From the NCBI GenBank assembly GCA_964435065.1, contig CAYSXS010000001.1, forward strand, positions 20,538-84,537: a DNA stretch of 64,000 nt, written 5' to 3'. Under the pieces are notes generated by a model. It worked only from the letters and a program-made list of their open reading frames with translations, did not search any database and was not told the DNA's origin. Shown piece after piece: positions 1 through 8,536 of the stretch; the stretch's first letter is position 1; each line of letters opens with the position of its first letter. Origin of the DNA: an uncultured Gammaproteobacteria bacterium (GTDB lineage Bacteria > Patescibacteriota > Patescibacteriia > UBA2196). The position numbers and the translations under genes were made by a program.

Positions 1-2
1 AT

Positions 3-812
3 ACAGATGAAGATATAGCAGATTTAGATGAAAGTACTTTGCAAATATATTATTGGGATCCTGCAACTAGTGCATGGGTTTTAACTGGTGGTACAGTAGA
101 TGTGGCTAATAATAGTATTTCAGTTGATGTAGCTCACTTTACTGTTTTTGCCGTTTTTGGCCAAGAAACATCAATATCAGAAGAAGATGCTGGAAGTTTA
201 ATTAAACTTGAATGTCCTGCAGGTGCTGGTGTTAACCACTCATGTAAAAGTGTATATTATGCAAACGACGGTAAACGCTATGCCTTTCCTGATGAAAAAA
301 CGTACAATAGTTGGTATACAGATTTTTCAGGAGTAGAAGCTGTTTCTCAAGAGGCATTATCCTCTTATCAGCTTGGTGGCAATGTTACTATGAGGCCAGG
401 TACTAATCTAATTAAGATTATGTCTGATCCAAAAGTATATGCTGTTGAGCCAGGTGGTGTTTTACGCTGGGTAGATTCTGAAGCTGCAGCTATGAATTTG
501 TATGGTGCTAATTGGTCAAGCAAGGTGGTTGATGTTTTAACCACTGCTTTCCCAGATTATGATGCCGATACAGCTGTATCTAATCCTTTAACTGATTCTA
601 GTAAACATCCAATTGGATCTTTGATTCAATATGCTGGTTCTGGAGATATATATTATATAACTGCAGGCAATGCAAAACGAGCATTTAGTAATTGGTCTGC
701 TTTTACTAATAACGGGCTTAGATCAGAATTTATAATTCAAACCGATGTAGACTACGCTGATGGTATTAATATCACTGGTTTAGAAACTGTTTTAACGAAG
801 ACAGCTAGTTAA
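3..812 (+). CDS. 3' end of a larger surface/secreted protein with ~60-aa degenerate tandem repeats. The reading frame is open to the window edge, so this is 5'-partial.
   Basis: There is no stop in frame from position 3. The ORF track begins at an internal TTG at 39. Three related repeat segments are visible (KSVYYANDGKRYAF... / KVYAVEPGGVLRWV... / DIYYITAGNAKRAF...). GC is higher than in neighbouring genes. Confidence 0.5.
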   Translation, partial: TDEDIADLDESTLQIYYWDPATSAWVLTGGTVDVANNSISVDVAHFTVFAVFGQETSISEEDAGSLIKLECPAGAGVNHSCKSVYYANDGKRYAFPDEKTYNSWYTDFSGVEAVSQEALSSYQLGGNVTMRPGTNLIKIMSDPKVYAVEPGGVLRWVDSEAAAMNLYGANWSSKVVDVLTTAFPDYDADTAVSNPLTDSSKHPIGSLIQYAGSGDIYYITAGNAKRAFSNWSAFTNNGLRSEFIIQTDVDYADGINITGLETVLTKTAS

Positions 813-833
813 TAAAAGACAATAAAACAAATT

Positions 834-872
834 AAAAGAACGTTCTTATTTCAAGAACGTTCTTTGTTTTTT
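834..872. terminator. Bidirectional rho-independent terminator between convergent genes
   Basis: Palindrome AAAGAACGTTCTT-atttc-AAGAACGTTCTTT followed by GTTTTTT. It lies between the + gene ending at 812 and the - gene ending at 882. Confidence 0.7.
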
Positions 873-881
873 AAATATATG

Positions 882-2024
882 TTAAATATATATCTGTTCG
901 GTTTCTCTAAGAGTCTTATTTAAACTGAATTGTTTAACTTTTTCTAAGTTATTCTCTTTAAATACATTTTTTAAATTATCGTCTTCCAATATTTTTTCAA
1001 TTGCTTCAGCCAAATCTAGAGGTCTTTTTGATTTTACTAAAATTCCATTAACATTATCCTTAACAATTTCAGGATTACCACCTACATTAGTTGTAACAAT
1101 GGGTACACCAGCTGCTAAAGCTTCAATTAATGTATATGATAAACCCTCTTTAACTGATGGAAGGCAGAATATGTCAAAAGCAGGTAAATATTGTTGGGCA
1201 TTGTTTTTTTGTCCAATTAATTTAAAATTGTTTTCTAATCCTAATTTCTTAATTTCTTTTTCTAAACTCTCTTTTAAGGCTCCCTGACCAATTACAATAA
1301 ACTTCAAATCTTTGTATTTATCAACTAATATCTTAGCTGCACGGATTAGATATATTAAACCTTTAGTTTCATATAGGTTGGCAATAGTTCCGATTATTTG
1401 GTTTGTAATTTGTAATTTTTCTTTAGCTTCTTGTTTAGATAAAAAGTTTAAATTATCCAAATTAATACCATTATGTATGGTGATTAGTTTTTTAGGTTTA
1501 GCAATTTTGTTTTTTAAACAAGATTGTTTATCAAAATTTGATACGCATATTATCTTATCTTCACATTTGCCAGATATTTTTTCAGATGTTTTGTAATATG
1601 TCCTTTGCCAATAGGGTAGTGGTTCGTTTAGAACTAAACCATGCACAGTATATATTATCCTCATCTTTCTGTTTTTCAACTTTTTGTAAATCCACCCAAC
1701 AACTGCACCTGTTGCACCAATTTTACTTGAGTTTAAATGAATGACATCTGGTTTGATTTGTTTTAGTAAAGAATATATTTCAAAGCCAGATAAAAAATCA
1801 TTAATTGGTTTTAGGTTTCTTACAACATGTTTTAATCTGTGAACTTTGATATTTTGTTTTTCTAAGTCTATCATCCATTGTTCTTCTTTTCCTTCACCAA
1901 CACCAACCTCAACTTCAAATCGATCTTTGTTTAAACCTAAAGCTAAGTCATGAATATATTTTTGTGCTCCACCTGGATCAGTTTGAGTAACAAGGTAGAG
2001 TATTTTTGTTTTTTTATCATTCAT
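882..2024 (-). CDS. Glycosyltransferase family 4 (GT-B fold)
   Basis: C-terminal EX7E-type motif FCLPSVKEGLSYTLIEALAAGVPIVTTNVGGNPEIV. The N-terminal nucleotide-sugar binding domain is typical of GT4. Confidence 0.8.
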   Translation of the reverse strand: MNDKKTKILYLVTQTDPGGAQKYIHDLALGLNKDRFEVEVGVGEGKEEQWMIDLEKQNIKVHRLKHVVRNLKPINDFLSGFEIYSLLKQIKPDVIHLNSSKIGATGAVVGWIYKKLKNRKMRIIYTVHGLVLNEPLPYWQRTYYKTSEKISGKCEDKIICVSNFDKQSCLKNKIAKPKKLITIHNGINLDNLNFLSKQEAKEKLQITNQIIGTIANLYETKGLIYLIRAAKILVDKYKDLKFIVIGQGALKESLEKEIKKLGLENNFKLIGQKNNAQQYLPAFDIFCLPSVKEGLSYTLIEALAAGVPIVTTNVGGNPEIVKDNVNGILVKSKRPLDLAEAIEKILEDDNLKNVFKENNLEKVKQFSLNKTLRETEQIYI

Positions 2025-2074
2025 ATGTGTATGTTTTAAATATATACTAATTTAAGCTAAAAATCAAAAATTGT

Positions 2075-2103
2075 TTGCCAAAAGGGTGTTTAAATTGTAA
2101 AAT
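2075..2103 (+). promoter_or_regulatory. Putative sigma70-type promoter for the operon starting at 2129
   Basis: TTGCCA - 17 nt - TAAAAT, located about 25 nt upstream of the 2129 start. Confidence 0.4.
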
Positions 2104-2128
2104 GTAGGTGTGATAACTTACTGAAATT

Positions 2129-3265
2129 ATGTCTGAAAAGCAAAGAACTAAACCCAAAGTTCTAGTTTTAAGTTTAACGTATTTACCCTATATAGGCGGA
2201 GCTGAGGTCGCTATAAAAGAGATCTCAAGCCGTTTAGAGGGTTTTTTTACTTTTGATGTATTAACTGCTAGATTAGACAGGAAATTACCCAAATACGAGC
2301 AAATAGACGGTATTGGTGTATATAGGGTTGGGGTTGGGCATAAGACAATAGATAAGTATATATTTACGTTTTTTGGGTTTTTTAAAGCTCTAAGATTACA
2401 CTTAAAGAATAGGTATTCGATTGTTTGGTCAATCATGGCAGCCTATTCTAGTTTTTCTGCTTTGTTTAGAATATTCACAAAAGCAAAAGTGGTTTTAACT
2501 TTACAAGAAGGAGATCCAATAGAATATATTACTGGTTTGAAAAGATTTAAGATATTTTTACCAGCATACAAAATATATTTTAAATTAGTAAATAAAGTAA
2601 CAGTAATTAGTAGTTTTCTTGGTAACTGGGCAGAATATCTAGGTGTTAAAAAAGAAAAGATCGTTCTTGTACCTAATGGAGTTGATTTTAAAAAGTTTAG
2701 TGAGATTGATAAAAAGAAAGATGGGGGAAATAAAGTGATTTTTACAGCATCTAGATTAGTTGAAAAAAACGGAGTTGAAGATTTAATCAAAGCAGTTAGT
2801 CTTTTAAATGATCCACAGATTGTTTTAAGAATTGCTGGAGATGGCCCATTAAGAAAACAATTAGAAAAATTAGCTAAAGAATTAAATTTAGAGAGCAATA
2901 TTTTTTTAGGAAAGATAGAGCATGAAAAAACATTAAAATATTATGCTCAAGCTGATGTATTTTGTAGGCCGTCGCTTTCGGAAGGATTTGGCAATGTATT
3001 TCCAGAGGCAATGGCAGCAGGAATTCCTATAATAGCTACGCCAGTTGGTGGAATATTGGATTTTTTAAAAGACAAAGAAACAGGTTGGTTTTGTAAAGTT
3101 AAAAATCCTGAAAGTATTGCAGATAAGATAAGATATATTTTAGATGAGAATAATGTTAATGAAGTTAATATGGTGGTGAGTAATGCAAAAAAGATGGTAA
3201 AGGAAAAATATACATGGGATAAGATTAGCGAGCAAATGAATAAAGTATTTAAAGAATTATGTTAA
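2129..3265 (+). CDS. Glycosyltransferase family 4
   Basis: Motif FCRPSLSEGFGNVFPEAMAAGIPIIATPVGGILDFL (EX7E region). Confidence 0.8.
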   Translation: MSEKQRTKPKVLVLSLTYLPYIGGAEVAIKEISSRLEGFFTFDVLTARLDRKLPKYEQIDGIGVYRVGVGHKTIDKYIFTFFGFFKALRLHLKNRYSIVWSIMAAYSSFSALFRIFTKAKVVLTLQEGDPIEYITGLKRFKIFLPAYKIYFKLVNKVTVISSFLGNWAEYLGVKKEKIVLVPNGVDFKKFSEIDKKKDGGNKVIFTASRLVEKNGVEDLIKAVSLLNDPQIVLRIAGDGPLRKQLEKLAKELNLESNIFLGKIEHEKTLKYYAQADVFCRPSLSEGFGNVFPEAMAAGIPIIATPVGGILDFLKDKETGWFCKVKNPESIADKIRYILDENNVNEVNMVVSNAKKMVKEKYTWDKISEQMNKVFKELC

Positions 3266-3696
3266 AAAATGTTTTTAAATTAATTTGGCAAATTATTTGG
3301 CATCGAACTATTCTTCGATGGCAACAGTTTTTTAAATTTTGTGTGGTAGGAACAACAGGAGCTATTATTGATATTGGTGGGCTATATATCCTGGTTGAAT
3401 TTTTAGGTATACATTATCTTGTGGCTGCTACAATATCTTTTATAGTAGCTGTAATTAATAACTATTTTCTTAATAAATATTGGACATTTAAGAATAAGAG
3501 TAAAGAACATACAAAACAGTTTATTGGCTTTGTATTAGTCAGTATTGCTGGGCTATTGATCAGTTTAGGTGTTATGTATGCGTTAACTGAATGGATAGGC
3601 GTATGGTACTTGCTTTCTAAGGCAATAGCAGCTATTATTGTTTTATTCTGGAATTTTTTTATGAACAAATATGTAACTTTTAAAGAATATGAATAA
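3259..3696 (+). CDS. GtrA-family membrane protein, a polysaccharide-synthesis / lipid-linked sugar translocation accessory protein
   Basis: FFKFCVVGTTGAIIDIGGLYILVEFLGIHYLVAATISF... with 4 TM helices, which is a GtrA-like signature. It overlaps the upstream gene by 7 nt. Confidence 0.7.
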   Translation: MLKNVFKLIWQIIWHRTILRWQQFFKFCVVGTTGAIIDIGGLYILVEFLGIHYLVAATISFIVAVINNYFLNKYWTFKNKSKEHTKQFIGFVLVSIAGLLISLGVMYALTEWIGVWYLLSKAIAAIIVLFWNFFMNKYVTFKEYE

Positions 3697-4879
3697 AGAT
3701 AAAAAAATATTTATAGCAGCAGACATATTCCCTCCAACATCAGGTGGCCCAGCCACTTATTCTTTAAATTTAGCTAAAAGTTTACACAAAAAAGGATATA
3801 CAGTTAGGGTTTTAACTTATGGGCATTTACACCAAAGAAAACCAAAAGTAGATTTTAAAATAACTAAAGTTAGTTCGCGCTGGCCTTTGCTTTTGAGGTA
3901 TCTTTTCTACTTCATACATTTGTTTATTCGATCATATAACTATGATGTAATTTATGCTCAAGGACCAGTAGCATCTGGTTGGCCAAGCCTTTTCGTTTCT
4001 AGACTTACAGCAAAGAGGTTAATTGTTAAAGTTGTTGGTGATTATGCTTGGGAACAAGCTAGATTAACACACAAAACCGAACAAGGGATTGAAGAATGGC
4101 AAATAAAGCCAGAATATAAGGAAAAAATAATTGGAAAATCTAGATTACTTATTAAAGCAGAGAAAGCTGTTGTTAAAGCTGCTGATAAAGTTATTGTTCC
4201 TTCTCATTATTTAAAAAAGATAGTAACTGGTTGGGGAGCAAAAGAAGGACAGGTGGAGGTTATATATAACAGCATATCGTTACCAGAAGCTGTAGATATT
4301 TCTAAAGGTGAAGTAAAGAAAAAAATAGGAATTTCTGGGAATATTTTAGTTTCAGTTAGTCGTCTAGTCCCCTGGAAAGGTTTTGAGTTTTTAATCAAAC
4401 TCATGCCTGACTTGTTGAAAATAAATCCAGAATTTAAATTAATCATTGTTGGTGATGGACCAGAATTAAAAAAATATCAAACAATCGTTCAAGATTTAAA
4501 CTTAGTTGAAAAAGTTTTTTTACCTGGTCGTATGTCACAAGAAAAACTTTTATTGTATTTCAAGGCAGCAGATATGTTTTTACTAAATACTGAATATGAA
4601 GGTTTGTCACATTTAATACTAGAGGCTATGTTCTGCAATGTCCCAGTTATTGTTTCAAATAGAGGTGGTAATCCTGAAATTATTGATCATGAAATTAATG
4701 GTTTGCTGGTTGAATATAGCAACAAAGAAGGATGGTTAAAAGCTATTACTAGAATTTGGGAAGATGAGGATAATAAGCTAAGAAAAAGGCTTACAGAACA
4801 TCCAACACCAAAACTTCCATGTTTTAACTTTGATGAATTAGTTAAAAGAACTTTAGAGGTTCTTTTAGAAGAAGATTAA
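3689..4879 (+). CDS. Glycosyltransferase family 4
   Basis: Motif MFLLNTEYEGLSHLILEAMFCNVPVIVSNRGGNPEII. Confidence 0.8.
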   Translation: MNKDKKIFIAADIFPPTSGGPATYSLNLAKSLHKKGYTVRVLTYGHLHQRKPKVDFKITKVSSRWPLLLRYLFYFIHLFIRSYNYDVIYAQGPVASGWPSLFVSRLTAKRLIVKVVGDYAWEQARLTHKTEQGIEEWQIKPEYKEKIIGKSRLLIKAEKAVVKAADKVIVPSHYLKKIVTGWGAKEGQVEVIYNSISLPEAVDISKGEVKKKIGISGNILVSVSRLVPWKGFEFLIKLMPDLLKINPEFKLIIVGDGPELKKYQTIVQDLNLVEKVFLPGRMSQEKLLLYFKAADMFLLNTEYEGLSHLILEAMFCNVPVIVSNRGGNPEIIDHEINGLLVEYSNKEGWLKAITRIWEDEDNKLRKRLTEHPTPKLPCFNFDELVKRTLEVLLEED

Positions 4880-4884
4880 TATAT

Positions 4885-6015
4885 ATGAAAGTATTAATGT
4901 TTTCAATGGATAAGACTTTGCTTGGTGCTACCAAAAGTGGCGGTGATGCAGTTAGACGCCATAAGGTTTATAGTGAGTTTTGTGATGAATTAAATATTGT
5001 TGTTTTTTGTAAAAAAGGATTTAAAAAACAGCAGTTGTCTAAGAATGTTTTTGTCTGGCCAACCAATTCATTAACTCGATGGGGGTTCTTTTTCAGTGGA
5101 TATATGATTGGTAAAGGAATATACAAGAATTCACCTTTTAATTTAGTAATAGGGGATATATTTACTGCTCTACCTGCCTGGTTTCTAAAAGTAAGGTTTA
5201 AAGTAAAGTTTTTAATGCATTTTCATGGAGATTTTTGGGGAAACAAAGATGCTTTAGAAAAAAAATGGCACAATTATTTTCTTTTGATATTTAGTAAATT
5301 TTTATCTCGTAGAGCTAATGCTGTTAGAGTTGTTTCAAAAAGGATAAAAGAAAAATTAGTTAAAGAAGGTATTAAAAAAGATAAGGTTTATGTTATTTCA
5401 ACTCCTGCAGATTTAAGTAAGTTTTTAACTTTTGATCAAACACGTGTGTATGAGTTAAAACAGAAATATCCAAATAAAAATATATTGTTTGTTGGAAGAC
5501 TTGAAACTGTAAAGAACTTAGATTGGTTTTTAGAAGTATTTAAAGAAATTAAGAAAGGATATACAGATGTTAGGTTTTTAATTGCAGGTGAGGGAAGTGA
5601 AAAAATAAATTTAGAATTAAAAGTAAAAGAATTAAAATTAGAGGATAGTGTGAAATTTTTGGGTAAAGTAGATTATGATAACCTAACAAACTATTATCAA
5701 TTAGCCGATATATTTGTTTTACCATCATTATCTGAAAGTTTTGGTAGGGTTTTAGTAGAGGCAGGAGCTAGTGGTACACCTTGTGTTGCTAATGCAACTA
5801 CAGGAGCTAAAGACGTTATTAAAGACAAAGAAACAGGCTTCTTAGTGTCGATTAACAACCAAAAACAAACGATAGATAAAGTAATAACTCTATTAAAAGA
5901 TAGTAAATTAGGTGTAAAGATGGGGAACAAAGCACAAGAGTTTGTAAAAGAAAACTTTGATGGCGATATACAAACAAAGAAGATAATTAGATTGTGGCAA
6001 GATTTAATATTTTAA
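4885..6015 (+). CDS. Glycosyltransferase family 4
   Basis: Motif FVLPSLSESFGRVLVEAGASGTPCVANATTGAKDVI. Confidence 0.8.
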   Translation: MKVLMFSMDKTLLGATKSGGDAVRRHKVYSEFCDELNIVVFCKKGFKKQQLSKNVFVWPTNSLTRWGFFFSGYMIGKGIYKNSPFNLVIGDIFTALPAWFLKVRFKVKFLMHFHGDFWGNKDALEKKWHNYFLLIFSKFLSRRANAVRVVSKRIKEKLVKEGIKKDKVYVISTPADLSKFLTFDQTRVYELKQKYPNKNILFVGRLETVKNLDWFLEVFKEIKKGYTDVRFLIAGEGSEKINLELKVKELKLEDSVKFLGKVDYDNLTNYYQLADIFVLPSLSESFGRVLVEAGASGTPCVANATTGAKDVIKDKETGFLVSINNQKQTIDKVITLLKDSKLGVKMGNKAQEFVKENFDGDIQTKKIIRLWQDLIF

Positions 6016-6035
6016 ATTGTTAAAATTAAATATCT

Positions 6036-6066
6036 AAAAACCAGCTTAAATTAAAAGCTGGTTTTT
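6036..6066. terminator. Bidirectional terminator hairpin
   Basis: AAAAACCAGCTT-aaattaa-AAGCTGGTTTTT, between convergent genes ending at 6015 (+) and 6078 (-). Confidence 0.7.
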
Positions 6067-6077
6067 AAGTATATGTT

Positions 6078-6950
6078 TTATTGATTATTTTGCTTTCTTG
6101 ACGAGTTTTTTATTTGGTTTAGTTCTTCTATTCCTTCTGCACGTGTTTTTCTAATTTGGGCGCGTACTTCAACATTATCTTTGATAAGTTCTTTCTTTTT
6201 ATCTTGTATGTCTTGCCAAAGTTCTTTATTTTCTGTCTTTATTTCGTTTAGCTTGTTTTGTATTTCTTCTCCAACTTCTGGTGTAGCGTCTTGCAACTCT
6301 TCAACAAAATTGTATTGTATCGCTCTTCTTACTGCATTTGATGTTCTATTTTGTATAGTGTTTTTTAATCGTTCAGCAAACTGCTCTTTATTTTCTAATT
6401 TCATCATTGTTTGGCTAAACTGTTGTAAGTGTGTTTCGCGTTGGGTACGTATTTTTTCCATTGCCCGTTCAGGAACTTGAGTTTCAAGTTTTTGCATTAT
6501 TTCTTGATGTTTTAATAGATGATCTGAGTATTTATCTAAAAATTTATTTAACTTTTCTGCATCAGGGTTATTTTCTTTAGCCTGCATAACTCTACTATTA
6601 ACTTTTTCCATTAAATCATCATATTTATTGCTTACTTTTTCTAGTAGTTTTTCAGCTTTTTCATCATCTGGGTTTTCATCTAAATATTTTTGGATTTTTA
6701 ATAACTGAGAACTGGCTTGTTGTAATTGTAATTCAGATTTTTTAATTGGATTTTTTGTAACAAATATTTTTACATTTCTCCAAGCATTGTGAAACCAAGA
6801 AGTTCCTCCAATATCTAAATCTTCTTCAGTGACCTCTAGTGTGGTTTCTTCTGGTTCGTCTACAGTTTCTGTTGTTTCTGCGGATACAGTTGCAGAGAAA
6901 CAAAAAACCATAGCAAATATGGTTGTCATTAAAATTGTTTTTTTGAGCAT
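6078..6950 (-). CDS. Secreted alpha-helical / coiled-coil protein of unknown function
   Basis: N-terminal signal peptide MLKKTILMTTIFAMVFCFSATVSA, followed by a long charged, heptad-like sequence. Confidence 0.5.
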   Translation of the reverse strand: MLKKTILMTTIFAMVFCFSATVSAETTETVDEPEETTLEVTEEDLDIGGTSWFHNAWRNVKIFVTKNPIKKSELQLQQASSQLLKIQKYLDENPDDEKAEKLLEKVSNKYDDLMEKVNSRVMQAKENNPDAEKLNKFLDKYSDHLLKHQEIMQKLETQVPERAMEKIRTQRETHLQQFSQTMMKLENKEQFAERLKNTIQNRTSNAVRRAIQYNFVEELQDATPEVGEEIQNKLNEIKTENKELWQDIQDKKKELIKDNVEVRAQIRKTRAEGIEELNQIKNSSRKQNNQ

Positions 6951-7050
6951 AGATTTTGTTTAATTTATATATTTTTATTATATCATGTATTCAGTATATT
7001 TCCGATAATGTAACCGTATATATGGTGTTAGGTGACAGTTGGGCTATTTT

Positions 7051-7548
7051 TTAGTCCATAAACTGGAAAGAATCTACTAAGTATTGAAAAATATCATCAT
7101 CATTTTGAGATTGTATGCTATAGATATTATCATCTTTTTCAATATTAATTAGATATACATCATCATTTAACATGTTACTAAAATAAGATTGTTTTTCGGC
7201 AGAATAATTATCTACGGTCATGTTTTTAATATTTTTATATTCTATTGCTATGGCTTCTATTTTTTTATGGTACACATCTTTATTGGTAATACTTATAGAA
7301 AGTAATGGTGGTGGCATAATGCCTTTGTTTGTGAATATCGTTTTATTAATAAACCAAGTATCACTTCCCTCAATTTTCGTGACATTCCATTCTTTTGGAT
7401 AGTCAAATTTAAACCTATACGGATTATTTTGGTAAGTCTGCCAGTTTTTAGTTTGATTGTTCTGTGTAGTAACTGAAGATTGTTGCCACCACCAAAAACC
7501 ACCACCAATAATAACAATTACAATAATTAAAATGATTATTTTTCTCAT
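7051..7548 (-). CDS. Membrane-anchored hypothetical protein
   Basis: A single N-terminal TM helix (IIILIIVIVIIGGGFWWW) followed by an extracytoplasmic domain. Confidence 0.45.
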   Translation of the reverse strand: MRKIIILIIVIVIIGGGFWWWQQSSVTTQNNQTKNWQTYQNNPYRFKFDYPKEWNVTKIEGSDTWFINKTIFTNKGIMPPPLLSISITNKDVYHKKIEAIAIEYKNIKNMTVDNYSAEKQSYFSNMLNDDVYLINIEKDDNIYSIQSQNDDDIFQYLVDSFQFMD

Positions 7549-7589
7549 ATTGTTAAATTAGTAATAAAAATTAGCACAATTTTGCTAAT

Positions 7590-7794
7590 GTATGTGTGCA
7601 TCTGAAGTTTGGCACTAATTTTCCTATATTAAAAGTAGTAGCTCTCAATAAATGAAAAAGGATATATCTAACACCAAAACTCCACCCAAACCCCACAAAA
7701 ATTAGTGGGGGACTTGGGTGGAAGAGAATGGACACTCCTTAAGGATTTAATTAATGTCGATTCTCTGTAGCCAGATATACGGTGTTATACGACG
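7590..7794 (+). repeat. Copy A of a repeated non-coding element family. It has the 5' box GTATGTGTGCATCTGAAGTTT and the 3' box CCAGATATACGGTGTTATACGACG.
   Basis: Homologous copies lie at 45820-45932 and 46905-47022. Internally it carries a strong GC hairpin (7681-7720: CCACCCAAACCCCAC-aaaaatta-GTGGGGGACTTGGGTGG). Confidence 0.6.
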
Positions 7795-7835
7795 TAATCT
7801 AAAAGCCGATTCATTATAAATTTTGGTAATTTATT
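7781..7835. repeat. Left arm of a ~55-bp imperfect inverted repeat; its partner is at 8056-8116
   Basis: GGTGTTATACGACGTAATCTAAAAGCC...ATAAATTTTGGTAATTTATT compared with the reverse complement of 8056-8116, GGCGTTATACGACATAATAAAAAGCC...AATAATTTTGGTAATTTATT. The matching core AATTTTGGTAATTTATT is 17 bp. Confidence 0.6.
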
Positions 7836-7836
7836 T

Positions 7837-7995
7837 ATTTTGATCCCTTAGTATTTCCAACACTTTTTCTGGTGGATTGCCGTACCCTTCGCCAGTGTAT
7901 TTATCTGCAACAGCTTTTAGTTCCGGCTTGGAAGCGATAAGATCATTTATTGTATTTTGAGGCGATATTTCGCCTGCGTTTTCTTTCTCCATAAA
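7837..7995 (-). CDS. Possible small ORF (53 aa) between the inverted-repeat arms. This may be non-coding.
   Basis: MEKENAGEISPQNTINDLIASKPELKAVADKYTGEGYGNPPEKVLEILRDQNK. It is GC-richer than its surroundings and has no recognisable family. Confidence 0.2.
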
Positions 7996-8055
7996 ATTTT
8001 TGCGTTATTAATTAATGTTAAAATATATAGAATTATCTTTATACGTCGACCCGAC

Positions 8056-8116
8056 AATAAATTACCAAAATTATTAATAAAATATATAGAGGCTTTTTAT
8101 TATGTCGTATAACGCC
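8056..8116. repeat. Right arm of the ~55-bp imperfect inverted repeat. It overlaps the start of GC-rich element copy 1.
   Basis: See 7781-7835. Confidence 0.6.
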
Positions 8117-8366
8117 GACGGATAGGCGAAGCCTAACGAAGGACTTTCCGCAGGATGTAAGCCGAAGGCTTACAGACTAAGGAAAGGACTGAGTTAGGTT
8201 TGGGCCGAGCAGGGTGAGTGCAGGATCTGGGCGAGCCGCTTATCCGTTGTTGTCAGAAGAATCGTGAGCCTCTAGAAGGCCCAAGCCTATCCGTCGGCGT
8301 TGTCAAAAATTGAGGAGCAAGACTGGAACGAAGTGGAAGGCGAGCGAACGATATTTTTGACAACTC
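8104..8366 (+). repeat. GC-rich 261-bp structured element, copy 1. Candidate structured ncRNA or recombination site.
   Basis: Identical except for one mismatch (260/261 positions) to 47546-47808. It contains a nested perfect 16-bp inverted repeat, ACGCCGACGGATAGGC (8112-8127) pairing with GCCTATCCGTCGGCGT (8285-8300). Internal helices include GTAAGCC-gaa-GGCTTAC and TTGGGCC...GGCCCAA. A second 12-bp stem joins GTTGTCAAAAAT (8299-8310) with ATTTTTGACAAC (8353-8364). Confidence 0.85.
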
Positions 8367-8536
8367 GTTATTATCTGGCCTTTTTGAATATAATATACAA
8401 TATTTTGTATGTTATATGAATATTTGATATAAATCAGTTTTTGTTTATAATTTCATCTTAATTCTAGCTAAAATATGACCTTTATGCAAATAAAGTGCCA
8501 TTTACTAGAACGAAGAAATAGTATAAGATTAAGTAT

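Noticed and set aside
1099-1744. Three + strand ORFs (1099-1287, 1312-1596, 1538-1744) inside the minus-strand GT4 gene 882-2024
   Set aside because: They are antisense to a well-supported glycosyltransferase reading frame. Their low-complexity F/L/I/S-rich translations are typical of AT-rich antisense frames.
7837-7995. 53-aa minus-strand ORF read as a possible RiPP/Nif11-like leader peptide
   Set aside because: Similarity to Nif11/NHLP leaders is superficial. The nearest radical SAM genes are more than 16 kb away. The region is flanked by inverted repeats and may be non-coding. It is retained only as a low-confidence feature.
8104-8366. GC-rich 261-bp element considered as a group I intron, RNase P RNA, SRP RNA, tmRNA, FMN riboswitch or hammerhead ribozyme
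   Set aside because: Only short fortuitous matches were found: CAGACTA resembles the group I R-box, and CAGGGTGA resembles the FMN element. There is no paired S-box/TAGTC, no B12 or FMN core, and no CUGAUGA...GAAA core. The real RNase P RNA is at 56838-57216. The element remains unassigned.
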